Virus record (IMG/VR): IMGVR_UViG_3300040809_000188
Location: 1 to 64,000 of that record
Direction: 5' to 3' (one strand)
Source of the DNA: a virus
DNA: 64,000 nucleotides
Below are positions 26,866 to 36,825 of this stretch, piece after piece. Positions within the stretch are counted from its first letter, which is position 1, and the number at the start of each line of letters is the position of its first letter. Under the pieces are notes generated by a model. That model searched no databases. It worked only from the letters and a program-made list of their open reading frames with translations, and was not told the origin of the DNA. Made by a program: the position numbers and the translations under genes.

Positions 26866-29340
26866 ATGAAAAAACTAGTATTTACATTCGGGCGTATGAA
26901 CCCACCTACTATTGGTCATGAGAAACTGGCGAATAAGATTAAGTCAGTAGCGAAACAGGAGAAAGCCGATGCTCGTATCTATCTCTCCCATACACAGAAC
27001 CCAACTAAAGACCCGTTATCCTACAAGCAAAAACTTGCTTTTGCTAAAAAGGCATTTGGAATTGCACACCAATCAAACGCAAAGCAAATCTTCCAAATCC
27101 TCAAAGAAATCTACGCCGACAAATACACAGACATCGTTATGGTGGTCGGTTCTGATAGGGTAAAAGAGTTTAGCACACTTCTAAACAAATATAACGGCAA
27201 AGGTGACTATGAGTTCGATAGCATCAAAGTCATTTCTGCTGGTGAGCGTGATCCTGATGCACAGGGTGTCGAAGGTATGTCTGGCACCAAACTCAGAGCA
27301 ATCGCAAAGGCTGGTGACTTTGATACATTCAAACAAGCCGCCGCATCTAAACTGTCTGACAGAGACAAGAAGAAGATGATGGACATGGTGCAGAAAGCAC
27401 TATCAGAAGAAGTCCTAGAAGACTGGTCAGACGATGACACTGCTCTATATGAAGAACTAGAACTACTAGACATCAATGAAGCACCGTTGACACCACAGCA
27501 AAGACGCAAGAGAGCAATGATTATGAAGCGTCTTGCTCCTAAACTTGCTAGACAGCGTAAGATTAAAGCAAAGCAAAAGGCTGGCGGTGAGAAACTTCAG
27601 CAAAGAGCAAAGAAGCAGGCTATTCAGATAGCGAGAGAAAGAATCGCTGGTGAAAAGGGTGCAAAGTACAAAGACTTGTCACCATCTGCTAAACAGGCTA
27701 TCGACAAGAGAGTTCAGAAGCAGTCTGGTATTGTCAACAAACTTGCAAAGAAACTATTACCGTCAGTAAAGAAGAAAGAGATGGAAAGAGTAAAGCAAGC
27801 AAGAACACAGTCAGAAGATTTTGATGCACTAGTAGAATCAGCACTAAAAACTATCAAGGTTGGTGAAGATGCGATTGGTGCAAAAGACACACAATATGCT
27901 CTAGTCAAAGAACGCAAGGTTATTGCTATTGGTTTGAAAAGCGAAATGCAGAGACTTTCTATGAAAGAAGGCGGCAGAGTTTGGAAAGTCAGTGCTGAAA
28001 ATAAAGTTGGTGATTTGGTAGAAGCAAAGACTAGACAAGACCCTGAGATTAAAGATATTGAAGGCACACAGCCAGCAAAGTATTATACTGGTGATATGTC
28101 TAAGTCTACTAAAGAAAAGAGAGCGGCTTACTTTAAGAAGCAAGCAAAGAAAGACGATGATAGCAAAGCGGCATATAAACCAGCGCCCGGCGATGCTGAT
28201 GCAAAGACTAAGCCATCTAAACACACTCTAAAATATAAGAAGATGTTTGGTGAAGAGATTGAAGGTCTAAAGAAGAAAGCAGAGAAGTCTGGCATCTCTT
28301 ACGGCATTCTAAAGAAAGTCTACGACAGAGGCATGGCGGCATGGAAGTCTGGTCATCGCCCAGGCACAACACCACAACAGTGGGCGTTTGCAAGAGTAAA
28401 CTCATTTATCACTGGTGGTAAAACTCGCACAACTGCTGATGCAGACTTATGGGCGAAGCATAGCGGCAAGTCTGAAGCAGTGTCTCCAGCACAGCAAGCG
28501 GCTATTGCTATCGCTAAGAAGAAGTCTGGCAAGTATGATAAAGACGGCAAACGTATTGATGAAGCATATGAGTTCGGAACAGATGAATATGCAAATCATA
28601 CAAAAGATATGACGCCCGGTCAGACAGATGAGATGACTGTCAAAGACAAGAAGTTGCCTAATCTAAAGATTGCGACAGGTAAGTCTGCAAGACAAGCAAA
28701 GCAAACTCTTGCAAGAAACAAAGCAAGAGCAGAGCGCAAGAAGGGAACTGGACTAGCGGCGGCATACAATCCTGATGATGATTTTAGTGGTAAGCCAGTG
28801 AAGAAGTTTAAAGACTTTAAAAAAAAGAATCAAATAAGTGAGGGTATACAGTATCATTTAGACACAGGTGTGCCGTTTGCTGATAATATTTTTCGTCATG
28901 ACTCACCATCGTTCTATATGTTCTTTCAAGAAGCAAGAGTAAGATGGAGAAATGGTGAACTAGAACCAGATGCTACAGACAAGCAAATACTGATGACTGA
29001 CATTGGTTTGTTTGGTATCTATGAGGGCAAAGAAGTTCCACTTGATTGTCCTCTAATGGAAGCAGATAAAGATGTAGAACTCAACTCACCAAAACGAGGT
29101 GGTTCTAAGAAGTTCTATGTGTATGTGAAGAACGATAAGGGTAATGTGGTAAAAGTGGAGTTTGGTGATACTTCTGGATTGAAAGCAAAAATCAATGACA
29201 GAGAAGCGGCACGAAACTTTGCAAGTCGTCATCAGTGTGATACAAAGAATGATAAGACAAAGCCTGGATACTGGGCGTGTAGATTGCCTTGGTATGCAAA
29301 GTCACTAGGACTAGAAGGCGGAGGTAAATACTTTTGGTAA
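26866..29340 (+). CDS. Cytidylyltransferase-like domain fused to multiple small modules (putative polyprotein)
   Basis: FTFGRMNPPTIGH (HxGH), VVGSDR, MSGT, then K-rich and other modules separated by (I/L/V)xE sites. Confidence 0.8.
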   Translation: MKKLVFTFGRMNPPTIGHEKLANKIKSVAKQEKADARIYLSHTQNPTKDPLSYKQKLAFAKKAFGIAHQSNAKQIFQILKEIYADKYTDIVMVVGSDRVKEFSTLLNKYNGKGDYEFDSIKVISAGERDPDAQGVEGMSGTKLRAIAKAGDFDTFKQAAASKLSDRDKKKMMDMVQKALSEEVLEDWSDDDTALYEELELLDINEAPLTPQQRRKRAMIMKRLAPKLARQRKIKAKQKAGGEKLQQRAKKQAIQIARERIAGEKGAKYKDLSPSAKQAIDKRVQKQSGIVNKLAKKLLPSVKKKEMERVKQARTQSEDFDALVESALKTIKVGEDAIGAKDTQYALVKERKVIAIGLKSEMQRLSMKEGGRVWKVSAENKVGDLVEAKTRQDPEIKDIEGTQPAKYYTGDMSKSTKEKRAAYFKKQAKKDDDSKAAYKPAPGDADAKTKPSKHTLKYKKMFGEEIEGLKKKAEKSGISYGILKKVYDRGMAAWKSGHRPGTTPQQWAFARVNSFITGGKTRTTADADLWAKHSGKSEAVSPAQQAAIAIAKKKSGKYDKDGKRIDEAYEFGTDEYANHTKDMTPGQTDEMTVKDKKLPNLKIATGKSARQAKQTLARNKARAERKKGTGLAAAYNPDDDFSGKPVKKFKDFKKKNQISEGIQYHLDTGVPFADNIFRHDSPSFYMFFQEARVRWRNGELEPDATDKQILMTDIGLFGIYEGKEVPLDCPLMEADKDVELNSPKRGGSKKFYVYVKNDKGNVVKVEFGDTSGLKAKINDREAARNFASRHQCDTKNDKTKPGYWACRLPWYAKSLGLEGGGKYFW

Positions 29341-29612
29341 AACCATATAAAGACATACATTTAGCACCAAATGTCTTTGTTCGTGAGTTTGATCCAGAAA
29401 TAGATAGTGATGAACTAGTATGGCACAGAGACAAAAAGAATAGACACTTTGCAGTGTTAGAAGGTAAAGACTGGTGGTTTCAAGAAGACGATAAGATGCC
29501 AGTCGAACTAGAAAAAGGTAAGATTTACGAAATAGAGAAGGGTGAATATCACAGACTTCTCAAAGGAACAAAAGCAACTCAACTTAGAATAAAGATATGG
29601 GAAGAAGAGTAA
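29334..29612 (+). CDS. Cupin-like protein
   Basis: ELVWHRD, YHRLLKG. Confidence 0.7.
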   Translation: MVKPYKDIHLAPNVFVREFDPEIDSDELVWHRDKKNRHFAVLEGKDWWFQEDDKMPVELEKGKIYEIEKGEYHRLLKGTKATQLRIKIWEEE

Positions 29613-29613
29613 A

Positions 29614-30819
29614 ATGTCACTAGAAAGCACAATAAGAATGATGACTGAAAGTAAAGTCGTCAAAGAAGATGGACACACAGATGTCGCTTCTGCTAAGAGA
29701 CAGTGCAAAACCGCTATGGAAGATGCTCAAGCCATCATAGGTGTTCTAGATGGCATGAACGATGAAGATGCGCTACCTACTTGGTGGACAAACAAACTTG
29801 CGATTGCGGCCAATAGCATGAACAAGTTGAACGACTATCTGTCAAATCCAACAGAGCAAAAAGAAGAAGTTACAGAGGAAGTAGAAATGACTGACATAAA
29901 TGAAGGACGCATGAAAGAACTTCATGGATACATGGAAAAAGGTATGTCTGCAAAAGAGATTGCCAAGAAAATGAAACTCGATGTTAAGACTATCAAAGCA
30001 CTTATCGGTGAAGAAGTCGAAATCGAAGAAGAGTTTATTGACGACCTAATCGAAGCAGTTGAACTTGATGAAGCGCCAAAGATGAAGTATGCTCTTGTCG
30101 GCAAAGATATGAAAATCTATTCAATGGGTAGTGATGAGCGAGACTTGAGATTGGACAGGCGTTCTCTTGAAAAAAGATTCAAAGATGTTGCACCACTAAA
30201 AATGGCAAGACTTAAAACTGCACAAACTATTGGTGACAAAGTAGATAAATCCCAACTAAAGGAGGAGACAGTGAACGAACATACACACTATAAGATGGAG
30301 CCGTTTGGTGTTTCCAGAAGTCTAGTTGACTCTGTAAAAGCAGTTCTTGCCGGTAAACCAAGCAGAGAAAACATCCCAGAAGAGATTCTAGACGATGATG
30401 TTGCTGACTTTATCGGAGCGGCTTCTAAAGCGGCTGCCGCTGGTAAGAAGAAGTTCAAGTTTGGTGACAAAGAATATCCAGTAACAATCAAAAAGTCTAC
30501 TGCTGATAAAGTTTCTAAGAAGATGGAAGAATCAGTAAAGAAAGAAGAAGAAGGCGAAGAAGATGCACCTTCTGACGACAAGAAAGCAAAGGAGAAGAAG
30601 GACGAGAAGAACGGCAAGAAAGAGCCTATTGAAATCGATCCTGAAATCAAAGAAGAAGCAGAAGGCGAAATGACTGATGCTCAAATGAAGAAGCGTGAAG
30701 AGATTGTCAAGTCAATGAAAAAGCGTGAGCAAGAGTTCAAAGACAAATATGGCGACAGATGGAAAGAAGTCATGTATGCTACTGCTACTAAGATGGCAAT
30801 GAAAGAAGCAAAGAAGTAA
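29614..30819 (+). CDS. E/K-rich modular protein, likely prohead/internal protein
   Basis: EDGHTDV, LPTWWTNK, FKFGDKEYPVT, VMYATATK modules; many xxE sites. Confidence 0.7.
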   Translation: MSLESTIRMMTESKVVKEDGHTDVASAKRQCKTAMEDAQAIIGVLDGMNDEDALPTWWTNKLAIAANSMNKLNDYLSNPTEQKEEVTEEVEMTDINEGRMKELHGYMEKGMSAKEIAKKMKLDVKTIKALIGEEVEIEEEFIDDLIEAVELDEAPKMKYALVGKDMKIYSMGSDERDLRLDRRSLEKRFKDVAPLKMARLKTAQTIGDKVDKSQLKEETVNEHTHYKMEPFGVSRSLVDSVKAVLAGKPSRENIPEEILDDDVADFIGAASKAAAAGKKKFKFGDKEYPVTIKKSTADKVSKKMEESVKKEEEGEEDAPSDDKKAKEKKDEKNGKKEPIEIDPEIKEEAEGEMTDAQMKKREEIVKSMKKREQEFKDKYGDRWKEVMYATATKMAMKEAKK

Positions 30820-31298
30820 TGAAAATATACTGCGACATGGATATGGTTCTATGTAACTTTCTCAAAGGAGCAGAGAAGGTTGCTGGTGAACCATTTCCAG
30901 AGAAAAATGGAAAATATTCTAAAGACGAAAAGAAAGCCATGATTGCGGCTACGAAAGGTTTTTGGGATAATCTTGAGTGGATGCCTGGGGGTAAAGACTT
31001 GTGGAACTATCTAAACAGCATCGAAGGTGCTGAAGTCAATATTCTATCAGCATACGCATCGTGGGACCCAAGTTGTAAGAGGGGTAAAAGAGTTTGGATT
31101 GCAAAGAATCTAAAACCAAAGCCCAATAAAATCCATTTGGTTCGCAGAGAAGACAAACAGAATTACGCTGATGCAGATAGCATCCTCGTAGATGACCATG
31201 GGAAGAATACAAGTGAGTTCAAAAGAGCAGGCGGACAGGCTGTCACGCATATAAATACTAGTAAAACAATATCCGAATTAAAGCGGATACTCAAATAA
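30819..31298 (+). CDS. HAD-family 5'(3')-deoxyribonucleotidase-like protein
   Basis: IYCDMDMVL, GK..W, LVDD. Confidence 0.85.
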   Translation: MKIYCDMDMVLCNFLKGAEKVAGEPFPEKNGKYSKDEKKAMIAATKGFWDNLEWMPGGKDLWNYLNSIEGAEVNILSAYASWDPSCKRGKRVWIAKNLKPKPNKIHLVRREDKQNYADADSILVDDHGKNTSEFKRAGGQAVTHINTSKTISELKRILK

Positions 31299-31314
31299 GA
31301 CAAGGAGAATAGAA

Positions 31315-31806
31315 ATGTCACTTTGGGGAATGAATGACGGAAAGGCCACCGCTGGCAGTATTGTTGTAACAGCGGCGAACAGCACAGTGGTTGGTACTTC
31401 CACAACTTTCACTAACTTTGCGGTTGGTGATTTTCTAAACGTAGGTAAGAACGACTATGTGATTACTGCTATTGCGAATGCAACAGTAATGACAGTTCGT
31501 GCTGGCGAAACTGGTGGAACTCTTGTAGGCGCACAATCAAACAGCACCTACTATGTTCAAGAGAAGCCTCTTTATGTTGCTTACTCTTCAGTTGGACTAG
31601 ATGCTAACAACGTCTACGGTGTATCAACATCTGAAATGAACTTTGCAAACACCGCTGGTACAGAGTCAGACAATGTACCTCACGCTGGTTGGAATCTAAG
31701 AACTGAAGGTTCTGGTGGTCGTGCTGGTCGTGTGTTCTATGAGACACTCGTAGCCGCATCATCTATCACTGGTGACGCTGGTGACGATAGCAAACTTCCA
31801 GAATAA
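31315..31806 (+). CDS. Virion structural protein
   Basis: Late promoter 31250; MSLWG, HAGW, ETLVA. Confidence 0.7.
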   Translation: MSLWGMNDGKATAGSIVVTAANSTVVGTSTTFTNFAVGDFLNVGKNDYVITAIANATVMTVRAGETGGTLVGAQSNSTYYVQEKPLYVAYSSVGLDANNVYGVSTSEMNFANTAGTESDNVPHAGWNLRTEGSGGRAGRVFYETLVAASSITGDAGDDSKLPE

Positions 31807-31830
31807 GTTCTGATTGATTAGGAGTAGAAA

Positions 31831-32862
31831 ATGGCAGACAAGAAGGTCAGCGCATTAACAGCCATTACAAATATGTCTAGTGACGATTTGCTAATGGTTG
31901 TAAATGATCCTTCTGGCACACCAGCCAGTAGGAAAATAACACATGCAAACTTCTTTGCAAATGTGCATACGGTTTCTGATTTCACATCGAATGTTACTAT
32001 TAGTAGCACGACAGCAACCGTGTCTGCCAATACTACTTTTAACGGTAGTGTAACTTATAACGGTGGTATTACCTTTAGCAGTGGTGTGACGTTTGCAAAT
32101 AGTACAATCAACGTACTTGGAGCGAATACCATTGTCAATGGTAACTTGACTGCAAATGGCGCATTGGTTCTAAGAAGTTCAGTATCATCTAGTGGTTTAA
32201 ATATCATTGGAAGCAACGGTAAAATCAATGCTAACAATGCTATCACCGCTGGAACTATTACTGAAGCAATGATGCAGACAAAGCCTATTGCTAATACAAC
32301 AGCAAGAACTTTGATTTCAGATCGTATGCAAGTTGCTAATACAACAGCACTTGTCAATGATCGTATGCAAGTTGCTAATACGACAACTAACTTTTTAAGC
32401 AAGACATCGCTAGATACACAGATTACGTCTGCAAATGTTGTCATCGATGCTGGTCCAACAGTATCAAATACTGGTGTTCATATCTCAAATGGTGCTATTA
32501 ATATCTTCAGTGATAGCGGCCGATCTTCATTGGTTGATTTTTACTGTGAAGTTGCAAATCAGCACAAGGTAAGACTACAAGGACCAGCACACGCTAACTT
32601 CAGCGGTGATGTTGTGGTTACTCTGCCAGTTAAGTCTGGTAATGTTGCTACAACAAACAGTGAAGTGTTCACTGGAACCACATCAGCAGAAAATCTGACA
32701 GTCAATAGTCTTTTCAGACTTACAAATAAAGTTTCAGACTTTGCTACATCTAATGCTGTGACTGAATCTGTCACCGCAGGCTCTGTATATTACAGTAATA
32801 CATATTTGTATGTCGTTACTGACAGCAACACAATAAAAAGGGTTCTATTGAGTACTTGGTAA
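31831..32862 (+). CDS. Fibre-like virion structural protein
   Basis: MADKKVSAL N-terminus, N/T/S-rich beta repeats. Confidence 0.7.
   Translation: MADKKVSALTAITNMSSDDLLMVVNDPSGTPASRKITHANFFANVHTVSDFTSNVTISSTTATVSANTTFNGSVTYNGGITFSSGVTFANSTINVLGANTIVNGNLTANGALVLRSSVSSSGLNIIGSNGKINANNAITAGTITEAMMQTKPIANTTARTLISDRMQVANTTALVNDRMQVANTTTNFLSKTSLDTQITSANVVIDAGPTVSNTGVHISNGAINIFSDSGRSSLVDFYCEVANQHKVRLQGPAHANFSGDVVVTLPVKSGNVATTNSEVFTGTTSAENLTVNSLFRLTNKVSDFATSNAVTESVTAGSVYYSNTYLYVVTDSNTIKRVLLSTW
32320..32385 (+). repeat. 39-bp-period tandem duplication (DRMQVANTT x2)
   Basis: GATCGTATGCAAGTTGCTAATAC at 32320 and 32359. Confidence 0.85.
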
Positions 32863-33258
32863 ATGTTTGAAAACTTGAATGATGATAACTATATGTTATT
32901 TGCCGCAAAATATTATGAAAATGCACACTGCACAGATTTATTAGAGTTTCATGATGATTTGAAAAGAATAAGATATATTAAGAGACTATTTAAAAAGTAT
33001 GAACAAACTGGTGAGTTGAAAGATAGGTTGATATTCAATCATCTAATCGTTTTGTATAATGTATTTGAACACAGAGCAATGACACGAATGCTTTGTTATA
33101 AGTTATATGATCAGTTACAATACTTGAAACCATTTCTGATATTCCTGAACTATTGGAGAACAGATGTTGGTTTACTTGATGGAAAAAGAATAAGAGATAG
33201 TGATATTCCCATTGATATGGGTATTGTCAAGAGATTAAGAGAGTTAAATGGCCAGTAA
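32863..33258 (+). CDS. Conserved marine T4-like hypothetical protein
   Basis: EFHDDLKRIRYIKRL, NHLIVLYNVF. Confidence 0.8.
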   Translation: MFENLNDDNYMLFAAKYYENAHCTDLLEFHDDLKRIRYIKRLFKKYEQTGELKDRLIFNHLIVLYNVFEHRAMTRMLCYKLYDQLQYLKPFLIFLNYWRTDVGLLDGKRIRDSDIPIDMGIVKRLRELNGQ

Positions 33259-33823
33259 GTTTGGAGACCTATTATTAGCGTATAACTTTATCAAGAGGTT
33301 AGTCACACCTTTTGATGAAACTGATGCGTTCAAACTAGGTATCATCGATGAGCGTGGTAAGAAGATTAAGGACCCGAAGACTTCTGAAGAAGAACTTTCG
33401 TTCTCGACTTTCAATCGTCTTGTCTTCAATATCAAAAAAATCATCGAAAGACTTCCAGGCGGTAAATCAAAACTTGCATCATATGGTGCCGCTTTGTTTT
33501 TGATTAAAGAAAGCGCAAATCCAAAAGAACATTACACAGACGAAGAAATCATGCAAGCGTTGGAGGAGAACATGGACTACCTTGCAAAGCACGATAAAAT
33601 GACATACAAGAAACTTTTCGAGGATGCTCCAGCAACTTCAACTGCTGGTGTAGCAGGCACAGGCGATGATGCTGATACTGTTCCAGTAAAGAAGAAAAAG
33701 CAAATCGAAAAAGATGGTCGTAAGAAAGAAATGAAAGCATATCTCAAAGCATATCTTGAGCGTAGAGCAAAGCGTGAAGAACTTGCTAAGAAAGAAGAAA
33801 TGAGAAAGCGTTTAGGATTGTAA
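33248..33823 (+). CDS. Conserved T4-like hypothetical (virion-associated) protein
   Basis: FIKRLVTPF...AFKLGIIDERG. Confidence 0.75.
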   Translation: MASKFGDLLLAYNFIKRLVTPFDETDAFKLGIIDERGKKIKDPKTSEEELSFSTFNRLVFNIKKIIERLPGGKSKLASYGAALFLIKESANPKEHYTDEEIMQALEENMDYLAKHDKMTYKKLFEDAPATSTAGVAGTGDDADTVPVKKKKQIEKDGRKKEMKAYLKAYLERRAKREELAKKEEMRKRLGL

Positions 33824-33824
33824 A

Positions 33825-35123
33825 ATGGCACAGTATCGCAGAGACAGACACGAATATCTTCCGAATGGTAACACTATCTTTGAGGTAGTGATGCTTGCTG
33901 ATGAATATGGTAATCGTATTGGTCCTGCGAATCCATCTGGCATGGCAGTAGATGCTTTTGGTAGAGCAAGAGTGTCACAGCCATTTACACTTTTTGATTC
34001 TTCACATCGTTTTGATGATAACGAAGCGTTTGCAACATCCAATACAGCAACAGCAACTTATGAACATTTCGCTAATAATGGTCTTGTTGTATTAGATGTT
34101 GATACAACAGATGGTGCTGAAGTTGTTCGTGAAACCAAGAGAGTATTCTCTTACCAACCGGGCAAGTCTCTGCAAGTATTAAATACTTTTGTTATGGATA
34201 CAGCAAAGACTGGTCTAAGACAAAGAGTTGGATACTTTGGTGCTAATAATGGTATCTTCATAGAGCAATCAAACTCTGACATCTACTTTGTAAAGAGGGC
34301 AATAAACTCTGGCACTGTTGCTGAAACAAGAGTTTCTAAAGCAAACTGGAATCTTGATACACTTGATGGAACAGGTCCATCTCGTAAGACACTAGATTTA
34401 ACAAAAGCACAGATTCAGTTTATTGATGTCGAATGGCTTGGTGTAGGAACAGTAAGAACAGGTTTTGTTATTGATGGACAGTTTATTCACTGTCACTCTT
34501 TCCATCACGCAAATGAAATCACTGATACCTATATGCAGACTGCATCTTTGCCTATTAGATATGAAATCAAAAATACTGCCGCAACTGCTAGTGCAAGTCG
34601 AATGAAACAGATTTGCTCTTCTGTTATTTCAGAAGGCGGTTATGAGTTGCGTGGAGAAAAACACGCTGTAGCAACACCAATCGCAACACCAAGAAATCTT
34701 ACACCTGCCGCAACATATCTTCCAATCATTTCACTTAGATTAAAAGCAAGTGAGTTGGATGCTGTTGTCATTCCTGTCGGTGGTGCTTTGTCTGGTGTTG
34801 GTAATAATGCTTACTTCTCTTGGAGACTTGTTCGTGGTGGAACGACAAGTGGTGGTAGTTGGTCTTCAAATGGAAACTCTAGTGTTGAATACAATACTTC
34901 AGGAACATCATTTAGTGGAGGAAAAGTAGTTCGCTCTGGATTTGTAACATCGACAACACAGTCTGTTGGAGCAACAGATTTGATTGGTGAGAACTTCTTT
35001 AATCTCCAGTTGAGAAGAGATGGACTAGCAGATACAGCAGAAGAGTTTACACTTTTGGTAGCATCAAAGGTTGATAACGATGACATTTATGCATCTCTTG
35101 AGTGGGAAGAGATTACACGCTAA
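33825..35123 (+). CDS. Virion structural protein
   Basis: DAFGRARVSQPFTLFDS, YQPGKS, EWLGVG, ISEGG. Confidence 0.75.
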   Translation: MAQYRRDRHEYLPNGNTIFEVVMLADEYGNRIGPANPSGMAVDAFGRARVSQPFTLFDSSHRFDDNEAFATSNTATATYEHFANNGLVVLDVDTTDGAEVVRETKRVFSYQPGKSLQVLNTFVMDTAKTGLRQRVGYFGANNGIFIEQSNSDIYFVKRAINSGTVAETRVSKANWNLDTLDGTGPSRKTLDLTKAQIQFIDVEWLGVGTVRTGFVIDGQFIHCHSFHHANEITDTYMQTASLPIRYEIKNTAATASASRMKQICSSVISEGGYELRGEKHAVATPIATPRNLTPAATYLPIISLRLKASELDAVVIPVGGALSGVGNNAYFSWRLVRGGTTSGGSWSSNGNSSVEYNTSGTSFSGGKVVRSGFVTSTTQSVGATDLIGENFFNLQLRRDGLADTAEEFTLLVASKVDNDDIYASLEWEEITR

Positions 35124-35668
35124 TGTATATGACAGAGAAAACAATCACTCGCTCAGACTTGGCGCAGATAGAAAAGTATGCTGACAAGTTGTTTGCGAAA
35201 GTAGGGATTGATGTGGAATTTACAAAACATTTCTTGGATCGTGTAAACGATGAAAGAAATAAGAAGCAGATAACAACTGCTGAACTAACTCGTATCTTTA
35301 AACAGGTCTTCAGTAAGCACGGCAAACCGATTGCAAGACTAGGACCTGATGCAGAAGCAGTAATGAAAGATATGAGAACTGACATCAACATGCCTTTTGT
35401 TCTGAAGTTGTCTGGAAACGAACTTGAACTTGTCGCTAAGACAGTCATGCGTAAGAAGGACTTTAAGACCTCTAATAAGACATTTGCAGTAGAAGAAACT
35501 CTGCAAATCTTACATAGAGAGTCAAACAAACAAGGTAAAAAGACTTTTAAGGAGTTTACCGATGTTAAAACGATGGATACAAAAAAGAGTATCAGAGAGG
35601 ACATCATGGGATGGCGGAATGCTCATCGCACTTGGCCTTCTCGTACTATTCCTCTCACCTCTCGCTAA
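35123..35668 (+). CDS. Hypothetical protein, possible RelE/BECR-like RNase fold
   Basis: VEFTKHFLDRVND...AKTVMRK. Confidence 0.6.
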   Translation: MYMTEKTITRSDLAQIEKYADKLFAKVGIDVEFTKHFLDRVNDERNKKQITTAELTRIFKQVFSKHGKPIARLGPDAEAVMKDMRTDINMPFVLKLSGNELELVAKTVMRKKDFKTSNKTFAVEETLQILHRESNKQGKKTFKEFTDVKTMDTKKSIREDIMGWRNAHRTWPSRTIPLTSR

Positions 35669-35726
35669 GATTGCGGCTGGTATTGCAATAGCATACGGTC
35701 TATGGACAATCTTTAAGAGCGAGTAA
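35562..35726 (+). CDS. 54-aa two-TM holin-like protein (absent from ORF track)
   Basis: AAGGAG RBS; MLKRWIQKRVSERTSWDGGMLIALGLLVLFLSPLAKIAAGIAIAYGLWTIFKSE. Confidence 0.7.
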   Translation: MLKRWIQKRVSERTSWDGGMLIALGLLVLFLSPLAKIAAGIAIAYGLWTIFKSE

Positions 35727-35824
35727 GGACTACTCTACCCACATAGTATTTTAGACTACTACAACTCACATGCGATTTTGTATGCGTGGTGGGCTTTTGT
35801 GTCCTATTTCCAAAGGAGAAAAAA

Positions 35825-36058
35825 ATGGAAGTACTAAATAACATTAAAGGATGGGCTGGATCACTTGCTGACGTAGGTGTAAGTCTAGCCGCATTAGCAA
35901 TCGTTGCTGAAGTTCTAGGTCTAGGCAATATGCCTTTCATGCCTGAAGGACTTAGCGTGGTTGATAATGTATCTGCAATGATTAGCAATCTTGGCGCACA
36001 AGGTGTGATGGGCTTGATTGCTATTTGGGTACTTTATAGCATCTGGCAAAGGAAGTAA
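35825..36058 (+). CDS. Small two-TM membrane protein (holin candidate)
   Basis: AAGGAG RBS; hydrophobic helices. Confidence 0.7.
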   Translation: MEVLNNIKGWAGSLADVGVSLAALAIVAEVLGLGNMPFMPEGLSVVDNVSAMISNLGAQGVMGLIAIWVLYSIWQRK

Positions 36059-36059
36059 A

Positions 36060-36563
36060 ATGTTGAAACTCTATATTATGGTTGCTTTAATTGCGGTACT
36101 TGGCGCTGTTGGATACGGCGCCAAGTATTACTATGATACAACGCAAGCGACCATTGGAACATTGAGAGAAAATAATGCTCAACTTGAAGTAGCAGTTCAG
36201 ACTGCAAATGAAAGCGTTGAGTCATTGCAACAGGATATGGTAAAACTAGGTGAACTAAATAATAAACTTCAAGGCGATTTGCAAAAAGCAGAAGCGTATG
36301 GTGATAATCTAAGAAACAAACTTAGACAAATGGACTTGGTTGCAGACGCAATCAGAGATGCGGAAAATTTGGAAGGAAGAATGAATGGTGCTACAGCAAA
36401 AATATGGCGTGAACTTGAGCGTGACACTGGCGGTGCTGGTGACAAGCCTCTTCCTAGTTGGTTGCAGCCTCCCTCAACCAGAACCACAGATCAAAGTGGT
36501 GACGAAGGTGGAGAAGACGCAGATTCCAGTGGTAGCCAGACCGAAACCGATACAACTAACTGA
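36060..36563 (+). CDS. Inner-membrane spanin (Rz-like)
   Basis: N-terminal TM plus coiled coil; overlaps a lipoprotein gene. Confidence 0.75.
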   Translation: MLKLYIMVALIAVLGAVGYGAKYYYDTTQATIGTLRENNAQLEVAVQTANESVESLQQDMVKLGELNNKLQGDLQKAEAYGDNLRNKLRQMDLVADAIRDAENLEGRMNGATAKIWRELERDTGGAGDKPLPSWLQPPSTRTTDQSGDEGGEDADSSGSQTETDTTN

Positions 36564-36825
36564 TACAAAGATATACGTTGTAAACAAAGATAACTTAGAT
36601 AAGTTTGTAGAAGAGTTTAAAGAGGTCAATGGTGATCTCGCATTCGTAGCACTGAGCATTCGTGATTACGAAAATCTAGCATTAAATGTCGCAGAGTTGC
36701 GCCGTTTTATAAATCAACAAACACAAATAATCCTTTATTATGAACAAGCCGTGACACCAGACGGAGAGGAAAATAAAGGAAATGCTGAATCTACAGATAG
36801 CCAGTCGGATGGCAAAAGCGAGTGA
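36385..36825 (+). CDS. Outer-membrane spanin lipoprotein (Rz1-like)
   Basis: Lipobox LVGC followed by Pro-rich segment; overlaps i-spanin. Confidence 0.75.
   Translation: MVLQQKYGVNLSVTLAVLVTSLFLVGCSLPQPEPQIKVVTKVEKTQIPVVARPKPIQLTDTKIYVVNKDNLDKFVEEFKEVNGDLAFVALSIRDYENLALNVAELRRFINQQTQIILYYEQAVTPDGEENKGNAESTDSQSDGKSE

Noticed and set aside
32320-32385. Repeat as DGR template/variable pair
   Set aside because: Simple in-frame tandem duplication; no reverse transcriptase in the window.
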